From positions 95,234,001-95,298,000 of the forward strand of contig CM052816.1 of NCBI GenBank assembly GCA_028534125.1: DNA of 64,000 nt. The letters are read 5' to 3'. Shown here in pieces: positions 35,681 to 49,300 of the stretch (positions are counted from its first letter, which is position 1; every line of letters starts with the position of its first letter). Both the position numbers and the translations under genes were made by a program. The notes beneath the pieces were generated by a model. That model saw only the letters and a program-made list of their open reading frames with translations. It was not told the origin of the DNA and made no database searches. Source of the stretch: Lama glama (Eukaryota).

Positions 35681-38205
35681 CCCCTGCCCTTGCAGTGCTT
35701 CCATTCTGCTGGGGAGACACATACTGAACAACATACATGGAATGCATAGCGTGTGAAATAGTATTACGTGCCAAGAGAAAAATAAAGCGGGGAAAGGATG
35801 CAGGGGTTACAGTTTCAGTTGAGAGGGCTGACACCGTCCAGCTGAGGAAGGGGCCTGTGAACAAAGAGCTAAAGAAAGAGGGGAGTGAGCTATGCAGGTA
35901 GTGGGGTCCCTATCCATCCCGGCCTCCTGTCCTCATCTCGGTCCCCCTCTGGGGGGTGTGCTGTAATCCCTGTCCCACCAGCCCCAGGAGCTGGGAGCCT
36001 CAACCTCTTCCTGTCCCAAGCCCGGCTCAGCAATGCAGGCTCCCCAGGGTGCTGGACCTGCCACCCTGTCCATCTTCCAGTCTCCACAGTGGCCTCAAAT
36101 TCCCCCACTCCCCTCAAACCTAACCCACCGCCCTCCTCAAAAGCCTTCACCTCCCGCTCTACAGAGAAATGGGACCAGTCTCCTCCAGAGGGTGTGCCCG
36201 GGACCCCCTCTCCGCCAGCTGAGATTCACTTGCATCCCTGACCTTTCTCACTTCGTCTCCAGGGGAAGAGGGCCCCTTCCCTACAGCTAAACCTGGATTC
36301 CTCCTCCCTGAGGACTCTGGATACCATCCCCCGAGGTGCTCGTGTCATCACGTGACAAGCGTGCTCTGCCATCCACAGCCCAATTCAGCACTGCATCTTA
36401 CACCAGATCTGCTTTCCCCTCCACCCTTCTCCACCTCCCCGCAGCCCCACCTCGCCTTCACAGCCGAAACTTCTGCAAGAAACATCTCCTTCCACAAGCT
36501 CTACTTTTCATCTTTTATTTACTCATTAAAAACTAATTGTTCCTTTAAAATTGCAAAAGTAATAACGTGCTTTTTGGAAATGGCCCTCCTCTCATTTTGA
36601 GTCTATAAAGTAAGAAGACAATGGCTCCCATCCCCGTTTTCCCTGTTAGTCTGAATCGCTGTCATCTGCTTGTCCCTCCTCCCCTAGTTGTCTGAGGGTC
36701 TGGCAGGGGCTTCTTTTCTTTTGAATTCAGTGCACAATTCCAGCTTGACCCAAATTTGACATCAGCACCAACCCCGTACTCTGTCTAAACAGTGACACAG
36801 ATGCATCGTCTGGACTCACTGTGGCCACCCGCATTGTAGCCACCCAGCTGTCCAGTGCAGGGATGGGAAGAGCCGCCCACCACCGTATTCCATGTCCCCT
36901 GGCCTTCCTGAGGCTCCAGGAAGAGGAAGGAGGTGGGAGTTCTGCCCACGAGGGACTGCAGAGGGCAAGGCTGAAGGCTTGTGATCCACATTGCGATTTT
37001 CAAGAAGAGACACAGGTTCAGCTGTATCCTAAGACAGCAAGCTGCCCAGACGATACTCAAGAAACATTCCTAAATGAATAAATGGAAGAGATGGCTGAGC
37101 AATCCCAGCTTCCTCGTGATCCTAAACCTGAAAAAAACAACCCATCCTGTCCAGCATGGAAGTGATTAGCTCATCTGTTCCAAAGACCAAACAACCCAGC
37201 ACAAAGTTTGTAGTAATTACATCCACCCCTTACAACATTAAGTGTGGTGGAGCTCACAGTTACGACTCTTTATTGGCACATTTTTGCACTTAAATACCTG
37301 AATAGTCTCTGGCATTGACTCTCTCAAGAATTCACCAGAACATTTTGGCATTTTATTCCTGGCCAAAAAATATCCCCAGTTTATGATGATGAAACTCCCA
37401 TAGTTCTATTCTTCCCTCTCCTGCTCTGGAGTTATCCAGTCAACTGGTTTCCTGAAGGAAGCAGATGCACAATCAGGCTCTCAATATGCACATTTCATTA
37501 CAGGTCCTCCCCTCTAGTGACTCATGCCCACGTTCCTGGTGGCAACAGTTGGCTCCTGAGTCCCCCTCACCAGTCTGCAAGGATGCTTTGGGGAGCAGCT
37601 CCCCTTTGAGACCTGGCTTCTGGTTTCTTGTTTTATTAGCACAGAACTCTTCCCCTCCCACTCCTCACAAACACCTTCTTGACAGAATTTATTAAGTGTT
37701 GATGGAATAGGAGGGGTAGAGCAGCAATCCAGCCTGGGTCTGCTCTGAAAAACTTGTCATGATTCTGATGATAAGATACCTGCCACCTGCCGATGTGCCC
37801 ACGACCTACGTAGCCAGTGTCCCCTGACAGACACCAACCACTGGGGCTGCAGCTGACTTGGATTGGAAGAGTCAAACAATGTCACAAAGAGAGCAGGACC
37901 TCGATATATTTCTTAAATTTATTTGGGAGTGGAGTGAGTACCCAAATCCTTTATTTGAAGGGCTGGTATAAGGAAAGAATTTAAGTAGATGTTTTGGTAT
38001 AGCTTATAGAAAAGATTAAGGTAACCTCAACACGCATGCACTGCCTTGGTGACCAGGAAGTCACCCTCGTGGCTACGGGAAGCCAGCCTGAGGCTTAGCT
38101 CTTGTCATCACATCTCCCAGGATGTGCTGTCCAAATGGCACTCTCCTGTGCCAGGTTCAGGACCCCCATCTTGCTCAGGTGGATTACGTGGTCACCTCCT
38201 TCTTA

Positions 38206-38337
<132 letters not shown>

Positions 38338-38789
38338 TTATCAGACTCTGCCTCCAGATCTTATGTTTGACTTTCCACCATCCAGATAACTCCTCCCCCA
38401 GGATCATGCCTACCACCTCCCTTCTGTGACCATCACCCAGGCTGTTGAGTCCCGCCCACCAGAGGTCCTGCAAATGTGAGTGTGGTTTCTACACTGAGGT
38501 TGGGGGGAGGGGGATGTGCATTCTTGGTTCTTGCCATTTTAGACCTTCACCACTTTCTCCCCCTCCCACCCCACCTGGTCTTAGCAGGCAACCTGACCCT
38601 CCAATGTCAGTGGTCCACAGGCTCTTCACTCTGTGACCATCCTCCTTGGGGAATCTCATCTTATTGCCAGCTTTCCCCATACACAGGGACCCTGAGTTAA
38701 GCTTTCACAGAAGCTCCCTTCATCATGGGAAAGAGGAGGAGGAGGAGAAGGAGGATGGGAACAAAACAAGAACCAGAAGAAGAAGAGAA

Positions 38790-39215
38790 AACAAATGGTC
38801 AGCAACAGGAGATTGAATAAGTGAGTTGTGGTACATCCATACAGTGGAACACTACACTGCAGTAAAAATGGATGAACTATGCCACTCTCAACAATGTGGA
38901 CAAATGTCACAGACATGATGCTGGCCAAAAGAAGCCACACACAAAAGAGCATGGGCCATATGATTCCATTTATAGAAAGTTGAAAATCAGGCATAACTAA
39001 TCTCTGTTGTTGGAAACGTGGATAGTGTTGACCTTTGTGGAAGAGGAGGGCAGTGGCTGGGACGGGGACAGGCAGGTGTTTGGGGGCACTTAGAATGTAA
39101 TGTCCTATCTATTATCCTGAGAGTTGGTCGCATAGATGGGTTCACTTTGAGATCATTCATCAATCCATACACTTGGGATTTTTCTGAATGTATACTACAC
39201 CTCAATAGATTTTCT
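38790..39215 (+). mobile_element. Ancient L1 (L1ME/MD-type) 3' end, followed by MIR (~39220-39380)
   Basis: tgtggtacatccatacagtggaacactac...tatgattccatttatagaaag...tatactacacctcaata. Other likely MIRs at ~39900-40120, 51600-51800, 54200-54400 and 58000-58200. Confidence 0.7.
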
Positions 39216-41772
39216 AAAAGCTCAGCTCTTTTTGGCTTGGGCAAGTTATTTAATCTGTATGGGGCTAAATATCCCTCTAAAGGGATAGTAACACCTGCCT
39301 TATAAGGTTGCAAGAGAAGGTTGAGAAAAACAATACAGGAGAAGGGTTTAACATGGAAACCGTAACTGAGTAAGCACTGCATCAGACTAATCACACTCGG
39401 TAAAGCTTGTGAAAGGAACGATCAACCCAGAGCCCCAGCTCGCTCCCCACCCCAGAAATTCCTTTAATCCCTGTAGCTGGAGGCTGTGACCCTACAGAGG
39501 CTTCCTGGGAACCCTCTGGAGTGGAGCCCACCCCCTCCCTGACTTCCCACTGAGAGTGGAATTCCACCCTCCTCCATGGTGTGAAGAGGGACTATCTCAG
39601 CTCCAGATCTTCTTGAGATCTCGAATTCAGAACTGTTTCTAGTACCACTCACGGTTCAGGCATTTCTCTTTGGCTCAGACCCTTAACCATTACTCATATC
39701 ATTGTTTACCCCAAGTTCCCCATGGCCGCATCACCCACAGGGGGACGCTCGTTCCGCGTCCTGCTGACCTACTGCTGCACATTTTAACCTGAAGAAGAAC
39801 ACTGAAGATTGAAGAGTGTGCTCTGTAGCTCCCCATCCCCAACATGCTAGCCAGAAGTAAACACTGTTCTTGGAGATCAGCCTTGTTGGGGGGACGTTAT
39901 GAACCCCAGCCCTGACCCCAGCTGAGGGAGCAGTGAGCTTCCCTTGGCAAGTAGATAATCTATCAGCTACTGTTTAACCTCCTTATGCTTCAGTTTCTCT
40001 GTCTGTAAAGATGGGACTAGTAATAGTGCCTTCTTCACAGTTTTGTGAATGAGGATTAAATGAGCTAATTTATGGAAAATGCTTAAAACAGCGCCTGACA
40101 CTGCAGAAGCATTACATGTGCCAGTATCGGCATGAGTGCTGGTCTTTAGGACATGGGCACATCATTCCTTCAGTTTAACTGCCCTGAAGGATGAGTTGTG
40201 GTCCTCCTCTGCTCCAAATAGCCTCCAGTCACACCAGATTCCAGAAGAAGAGACTGGAGCAGGAGAGGGGAGCTTGGCCAGAGGACCAGCCGCCTAAGAC
40301 CCAAGGACAATTTGGGAAGATTAAATGTTGAAGCAGTGAAAGATGGTGAAGAGATTCAGCAGGAAGGTCCTCTCCAAGCCTCCAGTGCCATAAGGTGCCA
40401 CAGAACTGAGGTGGACCCATCTTGGGCCACCTCCAGGGAGCCCATGGCCACTGCCCAGCCTCCCAGCAGCTGTGGCACAACGTCACTTTCTTTAAGCAGG
40501 GTCCCCTTTAACGTAACTACCAGTAGCCCTGCCACACCTGGCTCAGCCGTGCAGTGGGGCATGGTCACCTCCAATCTGCCTGCCTTCTCTCCTTGAGGCC
40601 CAGGACAGAAGCACAGAAATGCATGGAAAAGCTTCCAGAACCTGACAGACTTCTGCAACCACAGGCTGATGCGGAGTCGCCAGCTCGCTCCCTCTGTGGA
40701 ATGTAGAAGCCCCACTGAGTACCTCCTCTTGGCTTTGAATGGGGCAAGTTGAAACTTCCTCTGCCCCGTGCCAATCCCTTCCTGGGACAGGCCTAATCTT
40801 TCCTGCCAGAGGGGCTGCTTCCCAACCCCGAAGATAGAGAAGCCACCCAAAGTACAACCACGGGTATCCCCTGTGTTCAAGTGAGTATTTACGTCCTTGA
40901 AAACTTCCAGACCCAAAATCCACTTCTCCAACTTGAACCCTCAATACATGTAGACCAAATCACCTACCAAAGAGGTAAATAGAAAAACGTATAAATAAGA
41001 AAAATTCTAAAACAACAAACTGCCCATTTCCCCCTAAATAAGCAATTTAGGAATAAAAATAAATGTATCTGAAATCTGGCTGAATAATGATGGAACTGGA
41101 TCAGCAAGCACTGTCTTTTTAAAAGGTGAGAGTGGCGGGGGCGGGGCGGGAGGGGGGTCAGTTACTCCCAACTGCAAGTCACATGGGAGCCACTGAGGAT
41201 GGTGGGCCTTTGGGTGGGGAGAGGTGGGTTGGATTCAGGAGAAAGCGTTGGTATGGGGTGCTCAGGCTCCAGGTGAAGGCTCCAACCATTTGGGATGCAG
41301 GACAGAGAACCTGAGGCGACATCTCGTGGGAGGCAGGAGCAGGTACTGAGTGGAAGACAGAGCGGGCTCAAGGCAGCCTTGACTTGCTGGAGCGGTTGGG
41401 GTTGGCTCAGGGCTAGCCCAGGGCCCAGGCCAGGGGAAGGCATTGCCCTCGTGCTTTCTCTTCCCTCCTTCTTTCACTGTTAAAAAGTCATTTTAAAAAA
41501 ATAAAATAAAACCATGACTCTCACATACATATAAAAATGAATGCTTGTTAAACATTTTACTCAGCAAATGAAGGAATCAGGCACATGGTCCAAACTGTTT
41601 CAAAGAGATTCTCAAGAGCAGATCCACCTATAGAGCAAGGATACTGACATGAATATGCAAATGAAGGCAACCCCGGCCTGTTCCAAGTGTGGAGAGAAGG
41701 TAATTGAGCCTCTTCTGAACAGGACAGAATTTGCATGTCTATTAACAAGAATCGTTTGCATTGCTATTAGTT

Positions 41773-42225
41773 ACTCTACCAGGTTGAATACTGCCCACCA
41801 AAAATTCACGTCCTCCCAGAACCTGAGAATGGGACCTTATTTGGAAATAAGATCTTTACAGATGGAATCAAGTTAAGATGAGGTCATCCTGGATGAGAGC
41901 GGGCCCCAAATCCCATCGGACTGGTGTGCTCATAAGAAGACAGAAGTTTGGACACACATGCACAGCCAGGAGTCCTGTGAAGACAGGAGCCGAGGCTGGT
42001 GATGCGTCTGTGAACCAAAGAGCACCAAGCGTTGCTGGCAGCTGGAATGAGATACTGGAAGAGGTGGGGAAGGGGCTTCTCCTAGAGCCTCCAGAGAGAG
42101 CGTGAGCCTGCTGAGCCCTGGATTTCAGACTTCCAACCTCCAGTGCTGGGAAACAATCCACTTCTGTTCTAAGCCACTTTGTTTGTGGCACTTTGTTTAG
42201 GCAGCCCTAAAAAAAAAAAGCACGT
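41773..42225 (+). mobile_element. MLT1-type MaLR solo LTR
   Basis: ccagaacctgagaatgggaccttatttggaaataagatctttacagat ... ttctgttctaagccac...ggcagcccta. Confidence 0.82.
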
Positions 42226-42468
42226 TACCTGCAACCTACTGAGATGGAAAACAGCTCAAACACAATGAAAGACTAGAATTGGATGACCTGGAAGGCTGTG
42301 CTGTTTGCAGACATTACTATAATTCAATACATGTGCATAGGACATTGGTGAGGCACCATTTATGACATTTTGTTTGATGGAGACATGATTCTACATGCCC
42401 CAAAATATGACTGACAAATAGCATTTCAATGCAAATCTTGGTTCATAAGCTGAGGGCTGTCTATTTTA

Positions 42469-43440
42469 TTCTAGCTTTATTTTCGTTGAAGTATAGTTGA
42501 TTCACAATGTTGTGTTAGTTCTGGTGTACAGCACAGTGATTCAGTTACACATGTATGTATTCTTTTTCATATGCTTTTTATTATAGGTTATGACAAAATA
42601 TTGAATGCAGTTCCTGTGCTATACAGTAGGACTTTGTTGTTTATCTATTTTATATACAGTAGTTTGCATCTATAAATCCCAAACTCCTAATTTATCTCTC
42701 CCCCCGCCTTTCCCCTTTGGTAACCGTAAGTTTCTTGTCTGTGTCTGTGAGTCTACTTCTAGTTTGTAAATAAGTTACCTGTGTCATTTTTTTTTTAGAT
42801 TTCACATATAAGCAACATCATGTAGTATCTGTCTTTCTCTTTCTGACTTAATTTATTTAGTATGATAATCTCTATGTCCATCCATGTTGCTGCAAGTGAC
42901 ATTATTTTATTATTCTTATGGCTGAATAGTATTTCATTGTGTAAATATACCGCAACTTCTTTATCCAGTCATCTGTCAATGGACATTTAGATTACTTCCA
43001 TGTCTTGGCTATCGTAAATAGTGCTGTTGTGAACACTGGGGTGCAGGTATCTTTTTGAATTAAAGTTTTCTCCAAATATATGCCCAGGAGTCGGATTGTT
43101 GGAGCATATGGTAAGTCTATTTTTAGTTTTTTGAGGAGTCTCCATACTATGGTCCATAACGGCTGCACCAAATTACATTCCCACCACACCCTCCCCAGCA
43201 CTTATTGTCTGTGGACTTTTGAATGATGGCCATCCTGACTGGTGTGAGGGGATACCTGTTGTAGTTTTGATTTGCATTTCTCTGATAGTAGCAATGTTGA
43301 GCATCTTTTCACATGCCTATTACCCAGCTGTAAGTCTCCATTGGAGAAATGTCTGTTTAGGTCTTCTGTCCATTTCTTGGTTGGGTTGTTTTTTTTTTTG
43401 TTATTGAGTGGTATGAGCTGTTTGTATATTCTGGAAATTA
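42469..43440 (-). mobile_element. 5'-truncated L1 (ORF2 C-terminus plus 3' UTR)
   Basis: Peptide [26 protein letters not shown]...ALFTIAKTWK. ~20-bp TSD AAGCTGAGGGCTG(T/C)CTATTTTA at 42447-42468 and 43440-43461. Confidence 0.9.
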
Positions 43441-44199
43441 AGCTGAGGGCTGCCTATTTTAATATTTTTGTTTTTCATCCATTTAAAAAAATCAGAGTAG
43501 TTGAGAATCACAAAATAATTCTTGCTTCTCTCAGATTCATTGCTAGCTCATTCCATGTTAAGTATTCTTTCTTCGGAAGTATTTGGTGGGCGTGGAGGGA
43601 GGAACGTCAGAACATGGATGGCAGGGGTGTGAAATTTGGGGAGACATATTATCTTAGTCTAATGTTCTATTTGGAAAATTAAAATCATGTTTATTTCATA
43701 GTACAAACTACAGAGAATAAATAAAGTCTCCTGAGTGGTGCAGATAAGCAGACAGTGAAGCAAGAAAGGCTTTAGAGGATACTCATGTATGAACACAACG
43801 TGTTATATTGTAAAATCCAACTTGTTCTGCTGCTTTCTACTGCACAGTATATGCGCTTGCTCTTTAAATACAAATGTGCATATATTTGAAAAATATCATT
43901 GGATTTTATAGATACTGTAATAAAGGATAAAAATAGATTCTGGGACAGTCCTCTGTTTGTGTAAGTTAGTGGTTGTCCTTGACCTTGTGCGGACAACTTT
44001 AGACTATCGTCCAGAAAAATTATTTAAATCTTGCCATGGTGCCATGAAAGGACCCAGTGCTCAGAAACACTGGGTGTCTCAGCATTCCCAAGTTTAGACA
44101 TGCCTGGGTGTCTGGACCACACCCCTCACCCCTCCAGAGCTGTGGGACCAGGTGTTTATGTCAAAATCTTTCATTTTTGCTTACTCTTCTTTTTTCTTT

Positions 44200-45650
44200 G
44201 GGTAGTTGAAGATGGCATCATAATCTTTTGGCAATGTTTCTTGTCATATAGGGATTCAAGCAAAAGGACTGAGTATTTTTTCCCCAGAATGTTGGAGTTC
44301 CAGAAATGCTTGATTTAAATGCTATTTCGGTCAAAATATTTTAAGAGGACATTTACGTTTATACATTTGTTTTTCCTGCAAAGGAGAATTTTCGGCTGCG
44401 TGAGATCGGACAGAAGTAGAATGTAATATCAGGCATCTACAAAGTGCTGAAGGTTTTGTATGATTCAGCTTTTTCCATCACTAAGATTAAAACAACAATA
44501 ACAACAGAAGCCAACCTTTCATGGTGAAGAAGCACTTGTGAAAATTTGCTTGCTGACAGCTGCCCAAGTTTCCTTTGGAGAAGAATCCAAGAAAAAAATT
44601 CAGAAGACTGTTTCAGCAGTAGTCCAAATTTTCAATCAGATAATCATTAGCTGAATTAGCCTAGGACATCAAACTTCAAGTTTTGCAAAAGATCGATTTA
44701 ATGCCCCTTTTCCCTATTACTTGTGATGAATAAACCAATCGAAGAAATTGGGCTTAATAATTTGGTTAGGCACAATGACTCAAGATACTGTTGGAAAAGA
44801 AATGTGGTTTTCTCAGGTCTTAGAGACTATCATGAAAGCTGATGATGGTTTTGAGGCCGTGTGAAAATTCTTCAAAGTAAATTAGTCAAATAGAAAAAAA
44901 AAGCACTAATGGGGTTCTGCCCCGATGGTGCTCTCGAAATGCTGGGCTTTGCAGATAGTGAGTGAAAAACCAAAGGAAAACGCTCATTTCTGGAAAGTGC
45001 TGTATTCTGCATCATCAGAGTTATGTTTCAAAACTCTGCCCCGGAATTGCTAAGAAAGCCTCAACTAATGGTAATCAGTTTACATGAAAGGCTTTATATC
45101 AACCCTCAGATGATTCTCTTTGCTCGGTATGAAGATCTGAATGCCAATCAGAAAGTTCTCCACAGAGGTTTGGCGCGTGGCAAAAGGAAATAAACATTTT
45201 TTACCTACTGGAAGGGACAGGTGTCCTATTTTTGGAATCCTGGGGTGAAAACATACAGCTGTAAAGTTCTGAAAATGGTCTTTCAGCAAATCTTGTCGTA
45301 TATGACAGCTACACTTACAAGCTGGAACATAAACTTCCTCTTATTAAAACACTTAGAGCCCAAACTGAGTCATGGGTGCTGAGAATCATTGCTAAAACTG
45401 TCTTTTTACACATTTTTTTCAATCTAAAACTTTCGAAGACAAGGTTTTTGAGAAGTATTTCATAGAAAAAACAAATGTGTATTTTCTGTGTGTATAGGTT
45501 GAATTCAAGAACTATTTTCTAGATGTCATGGCTGAAAAATCTCATTTCAGAGCTTATCAAGAAATTCTCTTTCTCCTAGAATTTCATCTGAGCTGGAAAA
45601 ACATCCCCAGGAAGAAATTTTGAAGTTCCGCCTTTTGCCAAAGGTAACTT
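44200..45650 (+). mobile_element. Fossil hAT (Charlie-type) transposase coding remnant
   Basis: Manual translation across stops and frameshifts gives colinear Charlie/ZBED5-like motifs: KPTFHGEEALVKICLLTAAQVSFGEESKKK, DIKLQVLQKIDLMPLFPITCDE*T, KEMWFSQVLETIMKADDGFEAV*KFF, LMGFCPDGALEMLG, CILHHQ. Confidence 0.78.
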
Positions 45651-45890
45651 CCAGAAAATGACAACAGAGGTCCTTGTACGGGGCTGGCTGAGAGCAGCTG
45701 TTGACCTTCACCCTTCCCTAGGTTAGCAGATTTCATTTGGGTGCACACCTTCTGCCCTAGGGAAGCCCAGTGTTGGGGGTGGGGATACCATTTTGAGTTG
45801 CCTGAGTTGGGCTGCAGTTGACTTCTGCCCATGAGCTCAGCACAGCATCCTGGTCACATCACAGGTCCATCAATGATTATCTAATGAAAT

Positions 45891-46390
45891 NNNNNNNNNN
45901 NNNNNNNNNNNNNNNNNNNNNNNNNNNNNNNNNNNNNNNNNNNNNNNNNNNNNNNNNNNNNNNNNNNNNNNNNNNNNNNNNNNNNNNNNNNNNNNNNNNN
46001 NNNNNNNNNNNNNNNNNNNNNNNNNNNNNNNNNNNNNNNNNNNNNNNNNNNNNNNNNNNNNNNNNNNNNNNNNNNNNNNNNNNNNNNNNNNNNNNNNNNN
46101 NNNNNNNNNNNNNNNNNNNNNNNNNNNNNNNNNNNNNNNNNNNNNNNNNNNNNNNNNNNNNNNNNNNNNNNNNNNNNNNNNNNNNNNNNNNNNNNNNNNN
46201 NNNNNNNNNNNNNNNNNNNNNNNNNNNNNNNNNNNNNNNNNNNNNNNNNNNNNNNNNNNNNNNNNNNNNNNNNNNNNNNNNNNNNNNNNNNNNNNNNNNN
46301 NNNNNNNNNNNNNNNNNNNNNNNNNNNNNNNNNNNNNNNNNNNNNNNNNNNNNNNNNNNNNNNNNNNNNNNNNNNNNNNNNNNNNNNNNN
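45891..46390. other. Assembly gap (500 N)
   Basis: Run of N. The true length is unknown. Confidence 0.99.
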
Positions 46391-49300
46391 CCCGCTCTCC
46401 TCCGTTTTCATCCTTCTCCCCTCCCTCTCCCCTCTCTACCCTTCTCCTTACCTTCTCTCTCCCCATCCCTCTCCACCACTCCCCCTTCCCCCACTACCCC
46501 CCTTTCGCCCTCCTAACCTCGCCTCTCCCCCACTCCTTCCCTCGGCTTTCTCCATCCTCCCCCCTACTCCTCTTCCCCCCAACTCCCGTTTCCTTCTCGG
46601 GAGGTTGCTGCAGCCAAACTTCCTGAGTCACAAGGATCTGAACACATCGTGTCTTTCTTCCTCCTGCCTCTGTGTTTGCCACTCCCCCCACCTTGAATTT
46701 GCTCCTTCTAGGCTTTGCTGTCCCAAATCCCAGCCTCCTCGGAGCCCAGCCCACATGCCCCAGGCCCGACCGGCAGGTAGGGGGCAGAGCAGAGGAGGCT
46801 GAGCTCAGTTAGGCATGTATTTTATGGCAAATGACAATAGGACTCTAGGAAGGATGGAGGGGTAGTGCTGTGGGAGGGGCTCGGGGGACAATCCGCATGA
46901 TGTGAGTGTCCCCATCTAGAGCAGCAGCACTGAGTCAGAGACTGGGTCGCGCGGGACCCCGCTCTGTGCCCTGCTGGCTTCAGGACCCCTGGGAATGTAG
47001 CCTGGGCTGGTCCCTCCTTGAGGGGATGGAGTTGGATTCCCCCTTGCAGGCAACTCCCCCAGGCCTTGGCGGGGGGGGGGGCAGAAAGGAGGGTCCCAGG
47101 AGAAGACTATCACCGGACTAGAAAGAGAACTTCCCGCTGGGACCTTTGTACACGACCACTAGGCGTACAGGCGTCCCTCCGGAGGTGTTTGCTTCCCTCT
47201 GTCACTCGTGGCCCCAGGGAGATGTCACCCTGCTCCACTGATGGGGGCTGTGAGTGAGCAGGGCCGGCACCGAGCCAGCTCTGCATTATATAAGCGCTTG
47301 CTTTAAAAAGTCCAGGAGAGAAGCACCAGCAGGAATGATGTGCCGCGCTTTCCGGTTACAGTTTGGTGGAACATGTGAAATCTTTAATTAGCAGTAATGA
47401 GAGCCTCATTCCCTCCCGATGCCGCCATCGGCTGTGGGGCTGAGGGGCCCTTCTCCCGGGAGGGGGCCGCTCAGTGCAGTCGTGGTGACCGTCCAATCCG
47501 GGATGAAAAGACCTTAGATACGGCAGGAATTTTGCTTAGAACCACCTGATCTAAATTTGGAAGTGGACTTTGATGTTTGGGGGTTTGTATGTTTATTTTA
47601 ATCATACCAGCCCCAGGGAGGCCCTGTAAAGCACATTTCGGGAGGCTGAAGTGAATTCAAAACGACTCAAGACCATCTCCAGGTCTTGACTGGCTGTCAA
47701 ATACAGCAATTTTCCCAGTTGAAAATGAGATAAACTAGGAAGTATATTTTCAAATATTATGGCTGAGTTTGCTTCTCTTAAAGCCTGGAAAGCAAAATTA
47801 AAATAAAGTCTGGTTTGGGTATAAATAATATCTTTAAGCTTAAAAAAATACTAGAGGAAGGATAGGAATCCTGAGAAAGCTGCTCGCCAGCGACGCAGTG
47901 ACTGCGACAATGTCCCTGAGAGAAGCCAGGCTGGGGTGGGGGGGACTTCAAGATGGGGGTTGCAGGTTGGGGAGGGCCACCTTCCAAAGAGGCGTAATTA
48001 TGCAGGGAGGGGTGGGCCTGCTCTGTGTCTTGATTATGATGGTAATTCCATAATTGTACATTTTTGTCAAAAATTATAGACCAGTATATGGTATAAACTA
48101 CATAATCCTACAAATTACATTATACTGTTTGAAATACTATATATAAATATGTATTATATATTTATAAATTTTATCTCTTTTTTAAATATAAATTTTATCT
48201 CTTAATACTATATATAAATATATATTTATAAATGATACTAGATAATTATTATCCTGTATATAAAACCAAATTATAGTATTATAAAATGCTATTAATTCTA
48301 TTATGTAAAGTATAAATGGTATTACACTTCAAGGGACTGAGTTAGAAAAAGAAGACATCAGAGGTGGAGGGAGGATTGTTTGTGGGGGCGCCGCCGTCCC
48401 TCCACCCCACCCACGGGACACTGGGTTAGCACTGGGTTTGCCTCAGGACACTCTGACCCCTCTAGTTGCTGAGGAAGGGTAGGCTGTTGGAATAGAAGCC
48501 TACCCTCAAATGTCTCCCTGGCTGAGCTGTCCTGGTTCTGTCCCCTCCTGTCCCCCACTGGCTCGGCACCCTCCCAGGCCTGTGTCTGAGAGGACAGGGT
48601 GGCCTCAAGGCTCGTCTGGCCAGGGCAGGGCTGTCCTGAGGCTGTCCTTCCACCACAAGGAGGTCTTTGGGCCAAGAGGCTCCCCCAGCCCAGGAGTCCC
48701 TGTTCCTAATTTCAGTGGTGACGACTGATCATCGTAGAGTCTGTGGGCAATTCTGCACCTCTGCTGCCCTCACTGCATTCCTGTTTCCTCTGCCCGAGGG
48801 ACTTTCGTAGCATCACGATTTCATTTGGTAGCTACACAGCAGGTTTTACGCCCCCAAGTGAATGTCCTGGAATTTACCACCAAGAAAGAGGAGGCCTCCT
48901 CACAGGGAGAGAGGTTTCCAGGGAGGAATAGCGTGCATTAAAAGGCTTCTATGATGGGGCAGAAAAACAAGTTTGGGGTGAATCTCCAAAACAAAAAGCC
49001 AAAAAAAAAAAAATACTCTACCTCTTTTCTGCCCCCAGAGTGGAGCTGAAATCGGTTCCCTCAGGCTCCTGAATTCTGCATACCTTATTCACTCTGGAGC
49101 TAAGGAAACCAGAAATTTCTTCTTCAAGGCATGCATGCCTGTGTGTGTGTCTGTGTGTGTGTTCACACGGCTGCTCTACAAAATTACTTCGCTGCCCAGT
49201 TGCTCTCTCACGCATAGAGATAAGAAAGTAAGTGGAGTTCCTTTTCCTAGCCAGCTTCAGCATTAATTTTTGCACCACAGAGCTGCCTCCTCTTTGGAGT

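Noticed and set aside
45818..46516. Long ORFs of 176-232 aa
   Set aside because: Artefacts of translating the N gap.
48120..48320. AT-rich region with internal direct duplications (atactatatataaatat; tataaattttatctctt)
   Set aside because: Low-complexity slippage products with no regular repeat-spacer structure.
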